Notes: generated by a model not told the origin, from the sequence alone. 64,000 bases of DNA from an uncultured Rhodospirillales bacterium (GCA_902761715.1 CACWLK010000012.1:17389-81388); one strand, 5' to 3'. Numbered from the stretch's first letter, positions 10,219 through 19,780 are shown. Numbers and translations are program-made.

Positions 10219-10434
10219 CAAAAGTGATAAAAAGTTGACTTGATGTCAAGTTTTGAGCACTTTTGAAAAGAACTTGTTAGTTTGTGAGTGGCAAAAGCCG
10301 TGCGAACAAACGTTACAAGTACTTTGACCGAAGCGGAGTTGTTGAGAGCTTTAGCTCGAAACCTACGGAGCAAGACAAGAAGTCGCAGAACTTCTTGCAC
10401 CGGTTTAAAAAATTATTATGTCGAAATAGTATAT

Positions 10435-10511
10435 CGGAGTGTAGTTCAGCCTGGTAGAGCGCTTGCATGGGGTGCAAGAAGTCGCTGGTTCGAATCCAGT
10501 CACTCCGACCA
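10435..10511 (+). tRNA. tRNA-Pro(GGG)
   Basis: 77-nt cloverleaf: CGGAGTG/CACTCCG acceptor stem, CTTGC-ATGGGGT-GCAAG anticodon arm, GGTTCGAATCC T-arm, CCA end. Confidence 0.96.
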
Positions 10512-10603
10512 AATAAAAAAGTCCCGTTTATCGGGACTTTTTTGTGTTTAATACGAGATTATCATGTTTAATTTAGTTGAAAATCTAGTGCTTGAGAGAT
10601 GAT
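10505..10603 (+). repeat. 99-bp direct repeat, left boundary (attL-like)
   Basis: CCGACCAAAT...TGAGAGATGAT identical to 57447..57545; contains the tRNA 3' end and terminator hairpin. Confidence 0.9.
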
Positions 10604-10827
10604 TAGATATAAGACCGGAAGTATACCTTTTTAGAATAAGTATACACCGACTACTTGGCGGTTTAATTTTGCCCACGTACTCCTATTTTAATTGAATTTA
10701 CTTAATTTACATATTTAGATATACCTGCATTAGTTCACATCCAATGACCACACTCACACAGGGAATACTAGCCAAGTATATTTTATCATTAAAAATCAAA
10801 TAGATATACCGACCACGTTATTTTTTT

Positions 10828-10870
10828 AATTTTTTTGAGACCGTTTTTCGATTTTTGGGAATTTACCTTT
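10828..10870 (+). promoter_or_regulatory. 43-bp conserved upstream element, copy 1 (putative phage sigma promoter)
   Basis: One mismatch to 13818..13860; both copies lie directly before an RBS and operon start. Confidence 0.6.
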
Positions 10871-10885
10871 CGAAAGGAGGTCCAA

Positions 10886-11077
10886 ATGACCCAAGCTGAA
10901 AAAATAATTAAAATTATAATACCGGATTTACTTCGTTATTTAAAGATGAAAAAAAGTGGCATTATTGCGCAGAAAAGACTGGATAATATTTTGTTTCCAA
11001 GCATGTATTGTGAACGTGATCAAGAACAAGAGTTTGAAGAAGATGGAGGCTCTCAATGCAAGTATCAATGCAAATAG
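10886..11077 (+). CDS. Small hypothetical protein
   Basis: GGAGG RBS; first gene of the recombinase operon. Confidence 0.55.
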   Translation: MTQAEKIIKIIIPDLLRYLKMKKSGIIAQKRLDNILFPSMYCERDQEQEFEEDGGSQCKYQCK

Positions 11078-11454
11078 CACTTTTAGAAAGACGCTCAATA
11101 TCAGAACTGCAAGAAATATGGAAAAAATACTTTGATGCTCCCCCTACTACTTATAATAAGGAGTTCTACATTTCCAGGATTGCACACCGCATACAGGAAC
11201 TTGCCTATGGTGGTTTAAGTGCAAATCAGCAGAAGTTGATAGCGAACATGTACGTACCACCAGAGGACAGAAATAACCTACCACCTGCCGGCACAAGAAT
11301 TGTTAGGGAGTATTTGGGAGTTGAAAACGTTGTTACAGTTATGAAAGATGGCTTTGAATATAACGGTATGAAGTATTCCAGCCTGTCAGCGGTGGCAAAA
11401 AAAATTACCGGTCGAAAAATCTCTGGACGTTACTTTTTTGGATTAGATAAATAA
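11056..11454 (+). CDS. DUF2924-like protein (recombinase-associated)
   Basis: RIQELAYGGL, PPAGTRIVREY, YSSLSAVAKKITG..SG..FFGL; typical position before an LSR. Confidence 0.8.
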   Translation: MQVSMQIALLERRSISELQEIWKKYFDAPPTTYNKEFYISRIAHRIQELAYGGLSANQQKLIANMYVPPEDRNNLPPAGTRIVREYLGVENVVTVMKDGFEYNGMKYSSLSAVAKKITGRKISGRYFFGLDK

Positions 11455-11465
11455 AGGAATAAACC

Positions 11466-13172
11466 ATGGAAGAGCAAAAACAAATACGATGCGCAATTTA
11501 TACCCGCAAATCAACTGATGAAGGTCTTGAAAAAGAATTCAACACACTTGAAGCCCAACGTGAGGCCGGGGAAAACTTCGTAATGAGTATGAAGCATCAA
11601 GGTTGGGTGATTCTGCCCGATCATTATGATGATGGAGGCTTTAGCGGTGGTAACCTTAAAAGACCTGCATTAAAAAGATTGATGGCTGACGTTGAGAAAG
11701 GCAAAGTGGACATGATCGTTGTCTATAAGATAGACCGTTTAACACGTTCACTTCTTGATTTTGCACAGTTAGTACAGACCTTTGAAAAGAATAATTGCTC
11801 TTTTGTATCTGTCACACAGCATTTTAATACTTGCGATTCCATGGGCAAGCTAACATTAAACATCCTGTTGTCATTTGCACAATTTGAGCGTGAACTTGGA
11901 GCTGAGCGCGTACGTGATAAAATTGCGGCTAGTAAGAAAAAAGGAATGTGGACCGGTGGTCCGGCTCCATTAGGATATGATATAAAAGAAAAGAAGCTTA
12001 TTATAAATCAGGAAGAAGCAGAAGTCGTAAAATTTATATTTGACGATTACTTGAAGACAAAATCACAACTTCAAACGATGAAAAATGTAAATGAAAAAGG
12101 ATACAAACCAAAGACACGAGTTACAAAAACAGGAAGAGTTGCATCAAAAGGTCGTTTCAACCATTCAATGATAAGTAATATATTAAGCAACCCTATTTAC
12201 ATTGGTATGGTAGCATATAAAGACACTCTTTACGAAGGACAACACAAAGGAATCATTGACAAGGCTGTTTGGGATAATGTAGCAGACCTAAAAAAAAGTA
12301 ATATTGGCTCAGGATTTTCTTCACAAAAATCTGAAAAAGTAGCACTTCTTAAAGGGCTTTTAGAGTGTGAATGTTGTGGCACAATGACACCAACCAGGAG
12401 TAAAAAAGGTAACAAATACTATGAGTATTACACTTCGAGTAAAGCCGTAAAAGAAGGAGTAAAAACAGTTCACTGCCAAATTGGTAGCATACCAGCCGGG
12501 GAAATAGAATCATTTGTTCTTGATAAGGTCAAAAAGATATTTCAATCACCGGATCTGCAACAGGCGATGCTTAAAGAATTTGAACGACAAAATGCAAATT
12601 ACAATGGTGCCGATGTTAATGCCATAATTAAAGATATAGGAGAAGCTTTTAAATATTTTGAACCAGCAACTATTCACGATTTCATAAAGGAAGTCGTACG
12701 AAAAGTTATTGTCTGCCATGACCATATCGAAATAAAATTAAAACCTCTCAGCGCGGCATTGTTTGAAGATGGAACTCTTGAGACTGATGAAAATTTTGAT
12801 GCGAAACAGCTTGAACTTAAATACCCAATTAGATTTGGGCGCAAGCGTGGTCGGGTTTTAATCATCGAACCAACCCCGCGAAGCTCTGACCAAGGTGAGC
12901 GTGATAGTAAACTGTATACTGCTGTCACACAGGCCTTTTACTGGAAACAACAAATGGAAGAAAGACACATAACTCTAACCGAATTAGCCAAGCAAGAACA
13001 CACAGACCGAGGATACATGGGGCAAATTCTTAAACTCACAACACTAGCTCCAGACATTGTTATGGCTATTATAGAGGGGCGACAGCCTAAGCTCCTGACA
13101 ACCCGTGGTTTAATTAGAGGACACTTCCCTTACATATGGGAGGATCAGCGGAGAGAGCTCGGTTTTAAATAA
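11466..13172 (+). CDS. Large serine recombinase (integrase)
   Basis: RCAIYTRKS catalytic Ser, YKIDRLTRS, LSFAQFERE, recombinase and Zn-ribbon domains. Confidence 0.93.
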   Translation: MEEQKQIRCAIYTRKSTDEGLEKEFNTLEAQREAGENFVMSMKHQGWVILPDHYDDGGFSGGNLKRPALKRLMADVEKGKVDMIVVYKIDRLTRSLLDFAQLVQTFEKNNCSFVSVTQHFNTCDSMGKLTLNILLSFAQFERELGAERVRDKIAASKKKGMWTGGPAPLGYDIKEKKLIINQEEAEVVKFIFDDYLKTKSQLQTMKNVNEKGYKPKTRVTKTGRVASKGRFNHSMISNILSNPIYIGMVAYKDTLYEGQHKGIIDKAVWDNVADLKKSNIGSGFSSQKSEKVALLKGLLECECCGTMTPTRSKKGNKYYEYYTSSKAVKEGVKTVHCQIGSIPAGEIESFVLDKVKKIFQSPDLQQAMLKEFERQNANYNGADVNAIIKDIGEAFKYFEPATIHDFIKEVVRKVIVCHDHIEIKLKPLSAALFEDGTLETDENFDAKQLELKYPIRFGRKRGRVLIIEPTPRSSDQGERDSKLYTAVTQAFYWKQQMEERHITLTELAKQEHTDRGYMGQILKLTTLAPDIVMAIIEGRQPKLLTTRGLIRGHFPYIWEDQRRELGFK

Positions 13173-13314
13173 AATAACCACCTTATTTATACCTATGTAT
13201 GTGTTAAACCTGCATAGGTATTTCCTGTATATAGGATTTTCAACCCTGCATTGAAAGAATCTGAACTTATGAATATATAGCCTTTTGTATTAATCATTAA
13301 CAAAAGGTTAAAAA

Positions 13315-13818
13315 ATGACACAAAATTTATTTAATGGACTACCCCCTAAAGTAGTCACATATATAAAAGTGCACTTGCGATTTTTATATTCAACAGGACT
13401 TTTTAATTATCAGGAACGAGAGGACTTAATACAAGATTTAGTCCTCTTTTATTTAGAGTTTTTGCGAAAGCGAGGAGATGACATCTCAGATAACTTATTG
13501 TTTATGGCTATTAAGTCAAAAGCAATGCATTTAAGTCGCGCCCGGTTGCAAGAAATGCAATCGGGTTTTTTGAATCAGGAATCATTAAATGATATGTATG
13601 AAAATAAGGGCTTTGAGCCCGAAGCAAATTTTTCGTTGGCTGATTTAGAAACGAAGATGACCATTCGTGAAGTAACATCTCAATTGTCCGAAAAAGAGCA
13701 AAAATTTATTAAACTCTTGGAATTTGGGGAGACAACGAGGTCTGCTCGGCGCAAGGCAAAAGTTTCTAACAATGTTGTTGAAAATATTAGGAAAAAACTA
13801 AAAAAGAAAAAATTTTGA
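13315..13818 (+). CDS. ECF-like sigma factor / HTH activator
   Basis: EREDLIQD region-2-like motif and LSEKEQKFIKLL..G.T region-4-like motif. Confidence 0.6.
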   Translation: MTQNLFNGLPPKVVTYIKVHLRFLYSTGLFNYQEREDLIQDLVLFYLEFLRKRGDDISDNLLFMAIKSKAMHLSRARLQEMQSGFLNQESLNDMYENKGFEPEANFSLADLETKMTIREVTSQLSEKEQKFIKLLEFGETTRSARRKAKVSNNVVENIRKKLKKKKF

Positions 13819-13860
13819 ATTTTTTTGAGACCGTTTTTCGATTTTCGGGAATTTACCTTT
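13818..13860 (+). promoter_or_regulatory. 43-bp conserved upstream element, copy 2
   Basis: Near-identical to 10828..10870; precedes the replication operon. Confidence 0.6.
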
Positions 13861-13889
13861 TGTATCAACCTAAACAAAAGGAGAAAAAA

Positions 13890-14126
13890 ATGGTTAAGAA
13901 TACAAAAACTGTATATGAAATTATCCAAAATATCCCAGTCGAAAGCATGATTGCCCTCTCTTTTACACAGTTACGTGAATTTGAAGCAGAACTGAAGGAG
14001 GAAGTCATTGCGCATACCCTCAAGCACAGAGAAAAGACCAAGCAATACCACCGCGCAGTTCTGGCCCTGCGGTGGGTTCGTGGCGTTATCCGGATTAAAA
14101 GCATGGGAGAAAAGAAAGGAGCCTAA
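13890..14126 (+). CDS. Hypothetical phage protein
   Basis: AGGAG RBS; in operon with the replication gene. Confidence 0.6.
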   Translation: MVKNTKTVYEIIQNIPVESMIALSFTQLREFEAELKEEVIAHTLKHREKTKQYHRAVLALRWVRGVIRIKSMGEKKGA

Positions 14127-14127
14127 A

Positions 14128-14835
14128 ATGGAAAAAAAGACAACTATTTTGCTCGATACTGCCGGTTTTCTTGCTGCTGTGCATAACTATAAGAAAAGTG
14201 AAATCGCAGATTTAATTGTTGCGCTGTGCGAATTTAATTTATACGGTTGCACTTCTGTAAAATTAACGGACATGAAAAAAATTCACTTTGATGCGATTCA
14301 AGAAGTAATTGAATTGCGCAATTCGCGTTGGCTTAAAACATGCGAGATTAACGCGCAAAACGCAAAAAAGCGAACAGCAAATCGCAAAGCGACCGCTGAG
14401 CGAAATTCAAGCGAGCCACCTGGACCAGCGCAAACCGACCGCTCGGAAGATAAAGAGAGAGATAAAGAGAACGATAGTGAACTAGATGAAGATAAAGAGT
14501 CCGATAATGATTTTATAAATAAAAAAGATAGAAATAAAGAGGCGGAAAATGTGGATAAGTCCCGATACGTAGGTGCTCCGAGTGTTGAAGAAGTAGCGAT
14601 TTATTGCAAGGAAAGTGGTTATACCATCGACCCGGTGGCGTTTGTGAAGTGGAATTCTGACCGAGGTTGGATGAATGGCAAGAAATACATCGCGCTGGAT
14701 TGGCGAAAAGCTGTCCGGAAATGGTTTTGTAAAGAAAACGGTTTGTCCTACTCCGAAATGGAGAGCATGACTGACATCTGTCACGATATGCTCAGCAAGG
14801 TAAAGGGGGCGCAAGATGAAGCCAATCACACCTGA
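14128..14835 (+). CDS. Putative phage replication initiator
   Basis: N-terminal DUF6291-like region, charged linker, C-terminal PSVEEV..YC...F..W....W...DWRKAVRKW domain. Confidence 0.65.
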   Translation: MEKKTTILLDTAGFLAAVHNYKKSEIADLIVALCEFNLYGCTSVKLTDMKKIHFDAIQEVIELRNSRWLKTCEINAQNAKKRTANRKATAERNSSEPPGPAQTDRSEDKERDKENDSELDEDKESDNDFINKKDRNKEAENVDKSRYVGAPSVEEVAIYCKESGYTIDPVAFVKWNSDRGWMNGKKYIALDWRKAVRKWFCKENGLSYSEMESMTDICHDMLSKVKGAQDEANHT

Positions 14836-15238
14836 ACAAATCAAAAATGATCTAGAAACAGCGGCTTATGTAGAGCGGCTCATGCCTCCGGTACGACCTC
14901 CAAAATATCGGTGCTGTATGCCGGACGTTGTCTATACTCCGCAAGAGATTGCGTTCATGGACCGCCGCCCGGTACCGCCGCGCCCAACTCAAGAACAAAT
15001 TGCCATCTGGGAAAAGGTAATTTTACAATGGTTGCCTATTCTTGATGTTGAAGAAAGGAGTCTCGTCTGGAAGCGAGCCTGTCACATACCTTGGAAGTTA
15101 CTTTGTCGGGATTTTGGTCTCTCTAGGCCGCAACTGAATATCGTGTATTCTCGAATAATCAATTATTTACACGGTTACCTAACAGGAAAAATGTCTAGAC
15201 ATAAAAAGACAAGACATTTTCAAAAAAAAGTGCTATGA
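14816..15238 (+). CDS. DUF6362-like putative late regulator
   Basis: RPTQEQI, WL..L..EER.LVWKRA..IPWK.LC HTH-like C-terminus; located before late genes. Confidence 0.55.
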   Translation: MKPITPEQIKNDLETAAYVERLMPPVRPPKYRCCMPDVVYTPQEIAFMDRRPVPPRPTQEQIAIWEKVILQWLPILDVEERSLVWKRACHIPWKLLCRDFGLSRPQLNIVYSRIINYLHGYLTGKMSRHKKTRHFQKKVL

Positions 15239-15306
15239 ATCTTGGTATAATCGCGAGTGAGTGTGTAAACAAGCATTCCGATTATATTTTTATCTCGATG
15301 AAACAT

Positions 15307-15338
15307 ACCCCGCCGGTGGCAAACTGGCGGGTTTTTTG
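15307..15338 (+). terminator. Intrinsic terminator
   Basis: CCCGCCGG-loop-CTGGCGGG followed by T6. Confidence 0.75.
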
Positions 15339-15398
15339 TTGTTGCAAATCATCTTAAAATCTGCCATAATCAGAGCAACCTCGTCCGGTGATGAGGTG

Positions 15399-15445
15399 AT
15401 GTGGATTTAGGCCAACTTGTCCTACTATAATGGACTAAACAGGAG
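15399..15445 (+). promoter_or_regulatory. SAM-V/SAM-II-like riboswitch candidate in the metK leader
   Basis: AUUUAG..UUGUCC..GGACUAAA pattern running into the AGGAG RBS; TTGCAA-17-CATAAT promoter upstream. Confidence 0.6.
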
Positions 15446-15453
15446 AAAAACTT

Positions 15454-16500
15454 ATGCTGAAAACAGCTGAAGCGGTGTCTATCGGCCACCCGGATAAAAC
15501 AGCCGATTACATTTCAAGTTACATTTTAGACAGACTTATCGAGCAGGATCCACGCGTTCATTACGCTGTGGAAGTTATGATCAAAGATAACTGCGTTATG
15601 CTCGGTGGTGAGGTCAAAGGTTCGGTAGATATGTCAGACATCGAAACATATGTCTGCAATGCCCTCCGAGAAATCGGTTATGATGAACATTACTCAGACA
15701 TATGGAAAAATTATGCCATAGATGTTCGACATATAGAGGTCATAAACAAAATCGGGGTCCAATCGGCCGACATTAACCAAGGTGTCGAGCGCGATGGATG
15801 GGGAGATCAAGGCGTGTTTGTGGGCTATGCCTGCAAAGGCCCGGCTCTCATCAACCGCGAGTTATGGCTGGCACGTAAACTAAATGATGCTCTTTATGAA
15901 CATGCAAAGACATCATCTAACCTTGGCCTCGACATAAAAACACAAATTACCATAGATGATGCAACCGGTGACATAGTGACGGCCATAGTTGCCATACCTA
16001 TGTTAGAGCCGGAAGACATCAAACCATTTGTCGTTGATGCGCTCGGTCAAGAGCCAAAGTCCATCATCGTGAATGGCACAGGCATTTATCAATTCCATTC
16101 ATCCATTGCTGACTGTGGTATTACCGGTCGGAAATTGGCGTGCGACTTCTACTCTACCGCCTGTCCGATTGGCGGTGGTTCGCCATGGACCAAGGACCCG
16201 AGCAAGGCAGACTTAACCTTGAATGTCTACGCCCGTTACCTTGCAACAGAACATCTTGGTGACAATGATGAGTGCTTCGTTTACCTTTCATCTTGCATTG
16301 GCAAGTCTGAACTGCCCAGCGGCTTGATCCGGACCGTTAAGAACGGTGTTGTGACAAACAGTCCGCTTGTTTGCAACCAAAAACCGAACACATTAATCAA
16401 GTTCTTCGGCTTGGATCGACCGATCTACACCAAGTTATGTCGCAAGACTTTGCAGGCGTTGACGATCGTTCCGGTTCAGGATGACAAACTTGTTGCCTAA
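15454..16500 (+). CDS. metK: S-adenosylmethionine synthetase (phage-encoded)
   Basis: EAVSIGHPDK, QSADINQGV, GDQG, DIKTQ, DCGITGRK, KDPSKAD motifs. Confidence 0.9.
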   Translation: MLKTAEAVSIGHPDKTADYISSYILDRLIEQDPRVHYAVEVMIKDNCVMLGGEVKGSVDMSDIETYVCNALREIGYDEHYSDIWKNYAIDVRHIEVINKIGVQSADINQGVERDGWGDQGVFVGYACKGPALINRELWLARKLNDALYEHAKTSSNLGLDIKTQITIDDATGDIVTAIVAIPMLEPEDIKPFVVDALGQEPKSIIVNGTGIYQFHSSIADCGITGRKLACDFYSTACPIGGGSPWTKDPSKADLTLNVYARYLATEHLGDNDECFVYLSSCIGKSELPSGLIRTVKNGVVTNSPLVCNQKPNTLIKFFGLDRPIYTKLCRKTLQALTIVPVQDDKLVA

Positions 16501-16561
16501 CCCCGCAGTTTCCAGGAAGTTCCGCCAGTTGGTCGCTCAACTTCGAGCGGCCGAGGCCGGC

Positions 16562-16730
16562 GGGTCCTTCCTCGCTTCGGATCGTATGCGGGGCTCCAAG
16601 CCGCGGCATTTTTCTAGCGAAACACAAAAATTTTGGGTGGTCAGTGGTCACCTAAAAATACAGTAATATCAAGCACTTATAACAGCAACTTAAAATTTTG
16701 GGTGGTCACTTTATTATTTTGGGTGGTCAC
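16562..16730 (+). other. Lambda-like cos site (cosQ, cosN and three cosB-like repeats)
   Basis: GGGTCCT cosQ, then GC-rich GGGGCTCCAAGC-CGCGG; TTTTGGGTGGTCA repeats at 16631, 16696 and 16717. Confidence 0.65.
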
Positions 16731-16763
16731 CCTTTGTTTTATTACACAAATTCAGGAGCAAAA

Positions 16764-18038
16764 ATGGAATTTCAACAGAACTTTCCAGTGGATAAACTTA
16801 TCCCTTACGCACGCAACTCGCGCACGCATAATGATGAACAAGTGGCGCAGATTATGGCCAGTATTAAGGAGTTCGGCTTTACTAACCCGATCCTTATCGG
16901 CTCGGATAACGTCATCATTGCCGGGCATGGCAGACTTTTGGCGGCCCAACGCCTGGGAATGACAGAAGTCCCAGTCATTGTCTTACCGGACTTAACCGAA
17001 ACGCAACGCCGAGCATTGGTCATTGCCGATAACCGGATTGCCCTCAACGCCGGTTGGGATGAAAAGATGTTGGCGTTGGAAATCGGCGAGCTGAAGGACG
17101 AAGACTTTGACCTAACTAACCTCGGCTTTACCGATGATGAACTAAAGGCCCTCGAGAACTTTGGCGAAATTCAGGACACCGGTAACACCGAAGATGATGA
17201 GGTACCTGAGGCACCGGTCGAACCTACCTCCAAGCATGGCGACGTTTGGCAGTTGGGAAACCACCGGTTGATGTGCGGCGACACGACCATGATAGACGAT
17301 TTCAAAAAGTTAATGCAAAACGACGTGGCCGACATGATCTTTACCGACCCGCCATACAATGTTAATTACGGCGCAACGATGAAAGACAAACTCCGTTATC
17401 ACACCAGTCCGAACCATGGCCGCACTATTATGAACGATAACCTGGGCGAAGATTTCGAGCAGTTCCTTTACGATGCCTGCACCAATATGCTGATGTATTG
17501 CAAAGGTGCCGCCTACGTTTGCATGAGTTCGTCCGAACTTCACACCCTTTACTCGGCATTTGTGAAAGCCGGCGGCAAATGGTCAACCTTTATCATTTGG
17601 GCCAAGAACACCTTTACCTTGGGCCGGGCTGACTATCAGCGGCAATATGAACCTATCCTCTACGGCTGGGTGAGCGACAAGCCTCACTATTGGTGTGGTG
17701 ACCGGAACCAGTCCGACATTTGGGAATATAACAAGCCACAGCACAATGACCTGCATCCTACAATGAAACCGGTCGAGCTTGTTGAGCGCGCTATCAACAA
17801 CAGTTCCAAGGTTGGCGAGATTGTTTTGGACGGATTTGGCGGTTCCGGGTCGACTTTAATCGCCTGTGAGAAGACCGGTCGAGTCGCAAGACTGATGGAA
17901 TTGGACCCGAAATACTGCGATGTTATCGTGAAAAGATGGGAAGATTGGACCGGAAAAAAGGCTGTTCTGTTAGAAAGTGGCGAAATATCAAAAAATAATG
18001 CAGAAACAAGCACTTATAATGCAGAATTAACTGGATAA
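16764..18038 (+). CDS. ParB-like domain + N4/N6 DNA methyltransferase
   Basis: PYARNSRTH/IIAGHGR ParB-like N-terminus; TDPPY, HPTMKP and DGFGGSGST motifs. Confidence 0.9.
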   Translation: MEFQQNFPVDKLIPYARNSRTHNDEQVAQIMASIKEFGFTNPILIGSDNVIIAGHGRLLAAQRLGMTEVPVIVLPDLTETQRRALVIADNRIALNAGWDEKMLALEIGELKDEDFDLTNLGFTDDELKALENFGEIQDTGNTEDDEVPEAPVEPTSKHGDVWQLGNHRLMCGDTTMIDDFKKLMQNDVADMIFTDPPYNVNYGATMKDKLRYHTSPNHGRTIMNDNLGEDFEQFLYDACTNMLMYCKGAAYVCMSSSELHTLYSAFVKAGGKWSTFIIWAKNTFTLGRADYQRQYEPILYGWVSDKPHYWCGDRNQSDIWEYNKPQHNDLHPTMKPVELVERAINNSSKVGEIVLDGFGGSGSTLIACEKTGRVARLMELDPKYCDVIVKRWEDWTGKKAVLLESGEISKNNAETSTYNAELTG

Positions 18039-18095
18039 TTCTTCGAAAAAGAGCGTTCATTGACTTGTAAGATACAACAGCGAAAGGAAATTAAA

Positions 18096-18407
18096 ATGAA
18101 AACAGTTAAAACTTACATGGTCCGCAAGCCAAGCGACCTCGACGAAGTAAAGAGCATAACCAGAGCCAACAGCGACAGACTTGAAACTGTGGCGGTGGTT
18201 GAAACCATTAACCTGACACCGGCCGAACATAAAAGAGTATGCAAGAGCCCATTAAACGACTACGGCTTCTTAAAAGGCAAAGGCGGCTACTGTGATGAGC
18301 ACGAATACCGCCAGGTGGTTGAGATAACAGCAGACGGCCAGCCGACACTCTACGCTGACCCGTCAGGATCAAGCTACTGCCGCTACTTAGGCATAGAGGT
18401 TAAATAA
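18096..18407 (+). CDS. Hypothetical phage protein
   Basis: RBS; C-terminal DPSGSSYCRY. Confidence 0.65.
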   Translation: MKTVKTYMVRKPSDLDEVKSITRANSDRLETVAVVETINLTPAEHKRVCKSPLNDYGFLKGKGGYCDEHEYRQVVEITADGQPTLYADPSGSSYCRYLGIEVK

Positions 18408-18417
18408 GGAGGTCGCC

Positions 18418-18714
18418 ATGATGAACAAAAAAGAAAACCTGAACCAAGCCTTTAAGGAACTCCGCAAGCTCGGATACTTCGCAAGACAAAACTTTATGTG
18501 CTGTCAGTCCTGCGCTTGGGCCGCGGTACCAATGCATGCCAAAAAGGTGGTCTTTTATCACAAGCAAGATGCCGACCAGTTAAACGATACCGGTGAATGC
18601 TTCCTCGCCTGGTCCGGTGACCGGGACGAAATCGCCGAAGTCCTGGAACGCAACGGGGTCTTAAAAACAAAACCCGAGAACGAAGCCAAAAGATTTGAAA
18701 TCAGCATTAACTAG
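18418..18714 (+). CDS. Hypothetical phage protein
   Basis: GGAGG RBS; ARQNFMCCQSC, VFYHKQD. Confidence 0.65.
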   Translation: MMNKKENLNQAFKELRKLGYFARQNFMCCQSCAWAAVPMHAKKVVFYHKQDADQLNDTGECFLAWSGDRDEIAEVLERNGVLKTKPENEAKRFEISIN

Positions 18715-18726
18715 AAAGGAAAAACA

Positions 18727-19218
18727 ATGACTGAGATTTTAAAGACACAAAACAAAACCTGGGGATTTTGGGGAACCGCCAGCAACCATATAGAACATAA
18801 AAAGGAAATGCAGGCATTTTGGGATAAGGCCGCCGAGATAATCCAATCCAAGGGCTTAACCCCGCAACAAACCCTAGGCCTAATGGACAGCCGCTGGGGC
18901 CGCCACATCGCTGACGAGTTCGCCGAGGAGCTCAGCACCAACTTGGAAACATTCGCCTCGGTATTTAAAAGGCAAATGAGCACGATCCGCCTGATTAAAG
19001 AATACCGCTACTATGTGGACCCGAAAGCATTCCCGGACGTAAAGCCACGCGCTTATGAGAACTTCGCCAAGGATTTAACCAAACTCTGCAAGACTTACGG
19101 CGTAACGATAAAGTGCATCGGCGGTGTGGTCCTGCACTCACAAGACGAAATGAAAAAGCTCCTGGGTTACAGCTCAGACCTGGACAGCGGCGACATATTA
19201 CCGATTTGGAGGGATTAA
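18727..19218 (+). CDS. Hypothetical phage protein
   Basis: RBS; TQN..WGFWGT and MDSRWGRHIAD motifs. Confidence 0.65.
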   Translation: MTEILKTQNKTWGFWGTASNHIEHKKEMQAFWDKAAEIIQSKGLTPQQTLGLMDSRWGRHIADEFAEELSTNLETFASVFKRQMSTIRLIKEYRYYVDPKAFPDVKPRAYENFAKDLTKLCKTYGVTIKCIGGVVLHSQDEMKKLLGYSSDLDSGDILPIWRD

Positions 19219-19219
19219 A

Positions 19220-19591
19220 ATGTATCAAGAAGTACCTGAAGATTTAATGGTCAAAATTAAAAAGGCCGCCGGCACTATTAACGAACACAACTGTGCGGTT
19301 GATACCATGCTTATCGCTGTTGGAGAAAAATATTATGGTTATCAACCCCAACCTCAGCCGAAGAAAAAGAAATACTGCCAAGTAGCAGATAAGCGGCTGG
19401 AGGAACTGAGCCACACGTTCAACGAGGTCCATGACGGACTGGCAAAAGAGAACATCGAACTCTTGGTTTGCTTTGTGGCTCTAAAAGACGGCGGTGCAAC
19501 GGTTTTCGTATCTCAAGAAGCCGTTAACCGCCGCCTTGACGTATTTAACGAACTTAAAAAAATGGAGGAACAGCATGCCAAAATATCCTGA
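19220..19591 (+). CDS. Hypothetical phage protein
   Basis: Coupled ORF with RBS. Confidence 0.55.
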   Translation: MYQEVPEDLMVKIKKAAGTINEHNCAVDTMLIAVGEKYYGYQPQPQPKKKKYCQVADKRLEELSHTFNEVHDGLAKENIELLVCFVALKDGGATVFVSQEAVNRRLDVFNELKKMEEQHAKIS

Positions 19592-19772
19592 TATTACGGT
19601 CCAGCTGACCGGTAAAGACGGCAACGCATTTAATATATTAGGTATATGTTTACAGGCTATGCGCCGGGCCGGACTAAGCCAAGAAGAACGCGATGCCTTT
19701 CAGGCGGAAGCGACCTCAGGCAATTACGACCACTTACTTGCTACCTGCATGGAATGGTTTAACGTCGAATAA
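19575..19772 (+). CDS. Small hypothetical phage protein
   Basis: GGAGG RBS; LTGKDGNAFNILG...ATSGNYDHLL motif. Confidence 0.65.
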   Translation: MPKYPDITVQLTGKDGNAFNILGICLQAMRRAGLSQEERDAFQAEATSGNYDHLLATCMEWFNVE

Positions 19773-19780
19773 TTGGAAAT

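Noticed and set aside
10219-10434. Canonical group I intron or two-piece tmRNA
   Set aside because: The 5' exon ends in G rather than U, there is no P7 signature or complete 3' exon, and tmRNA termini are absent.
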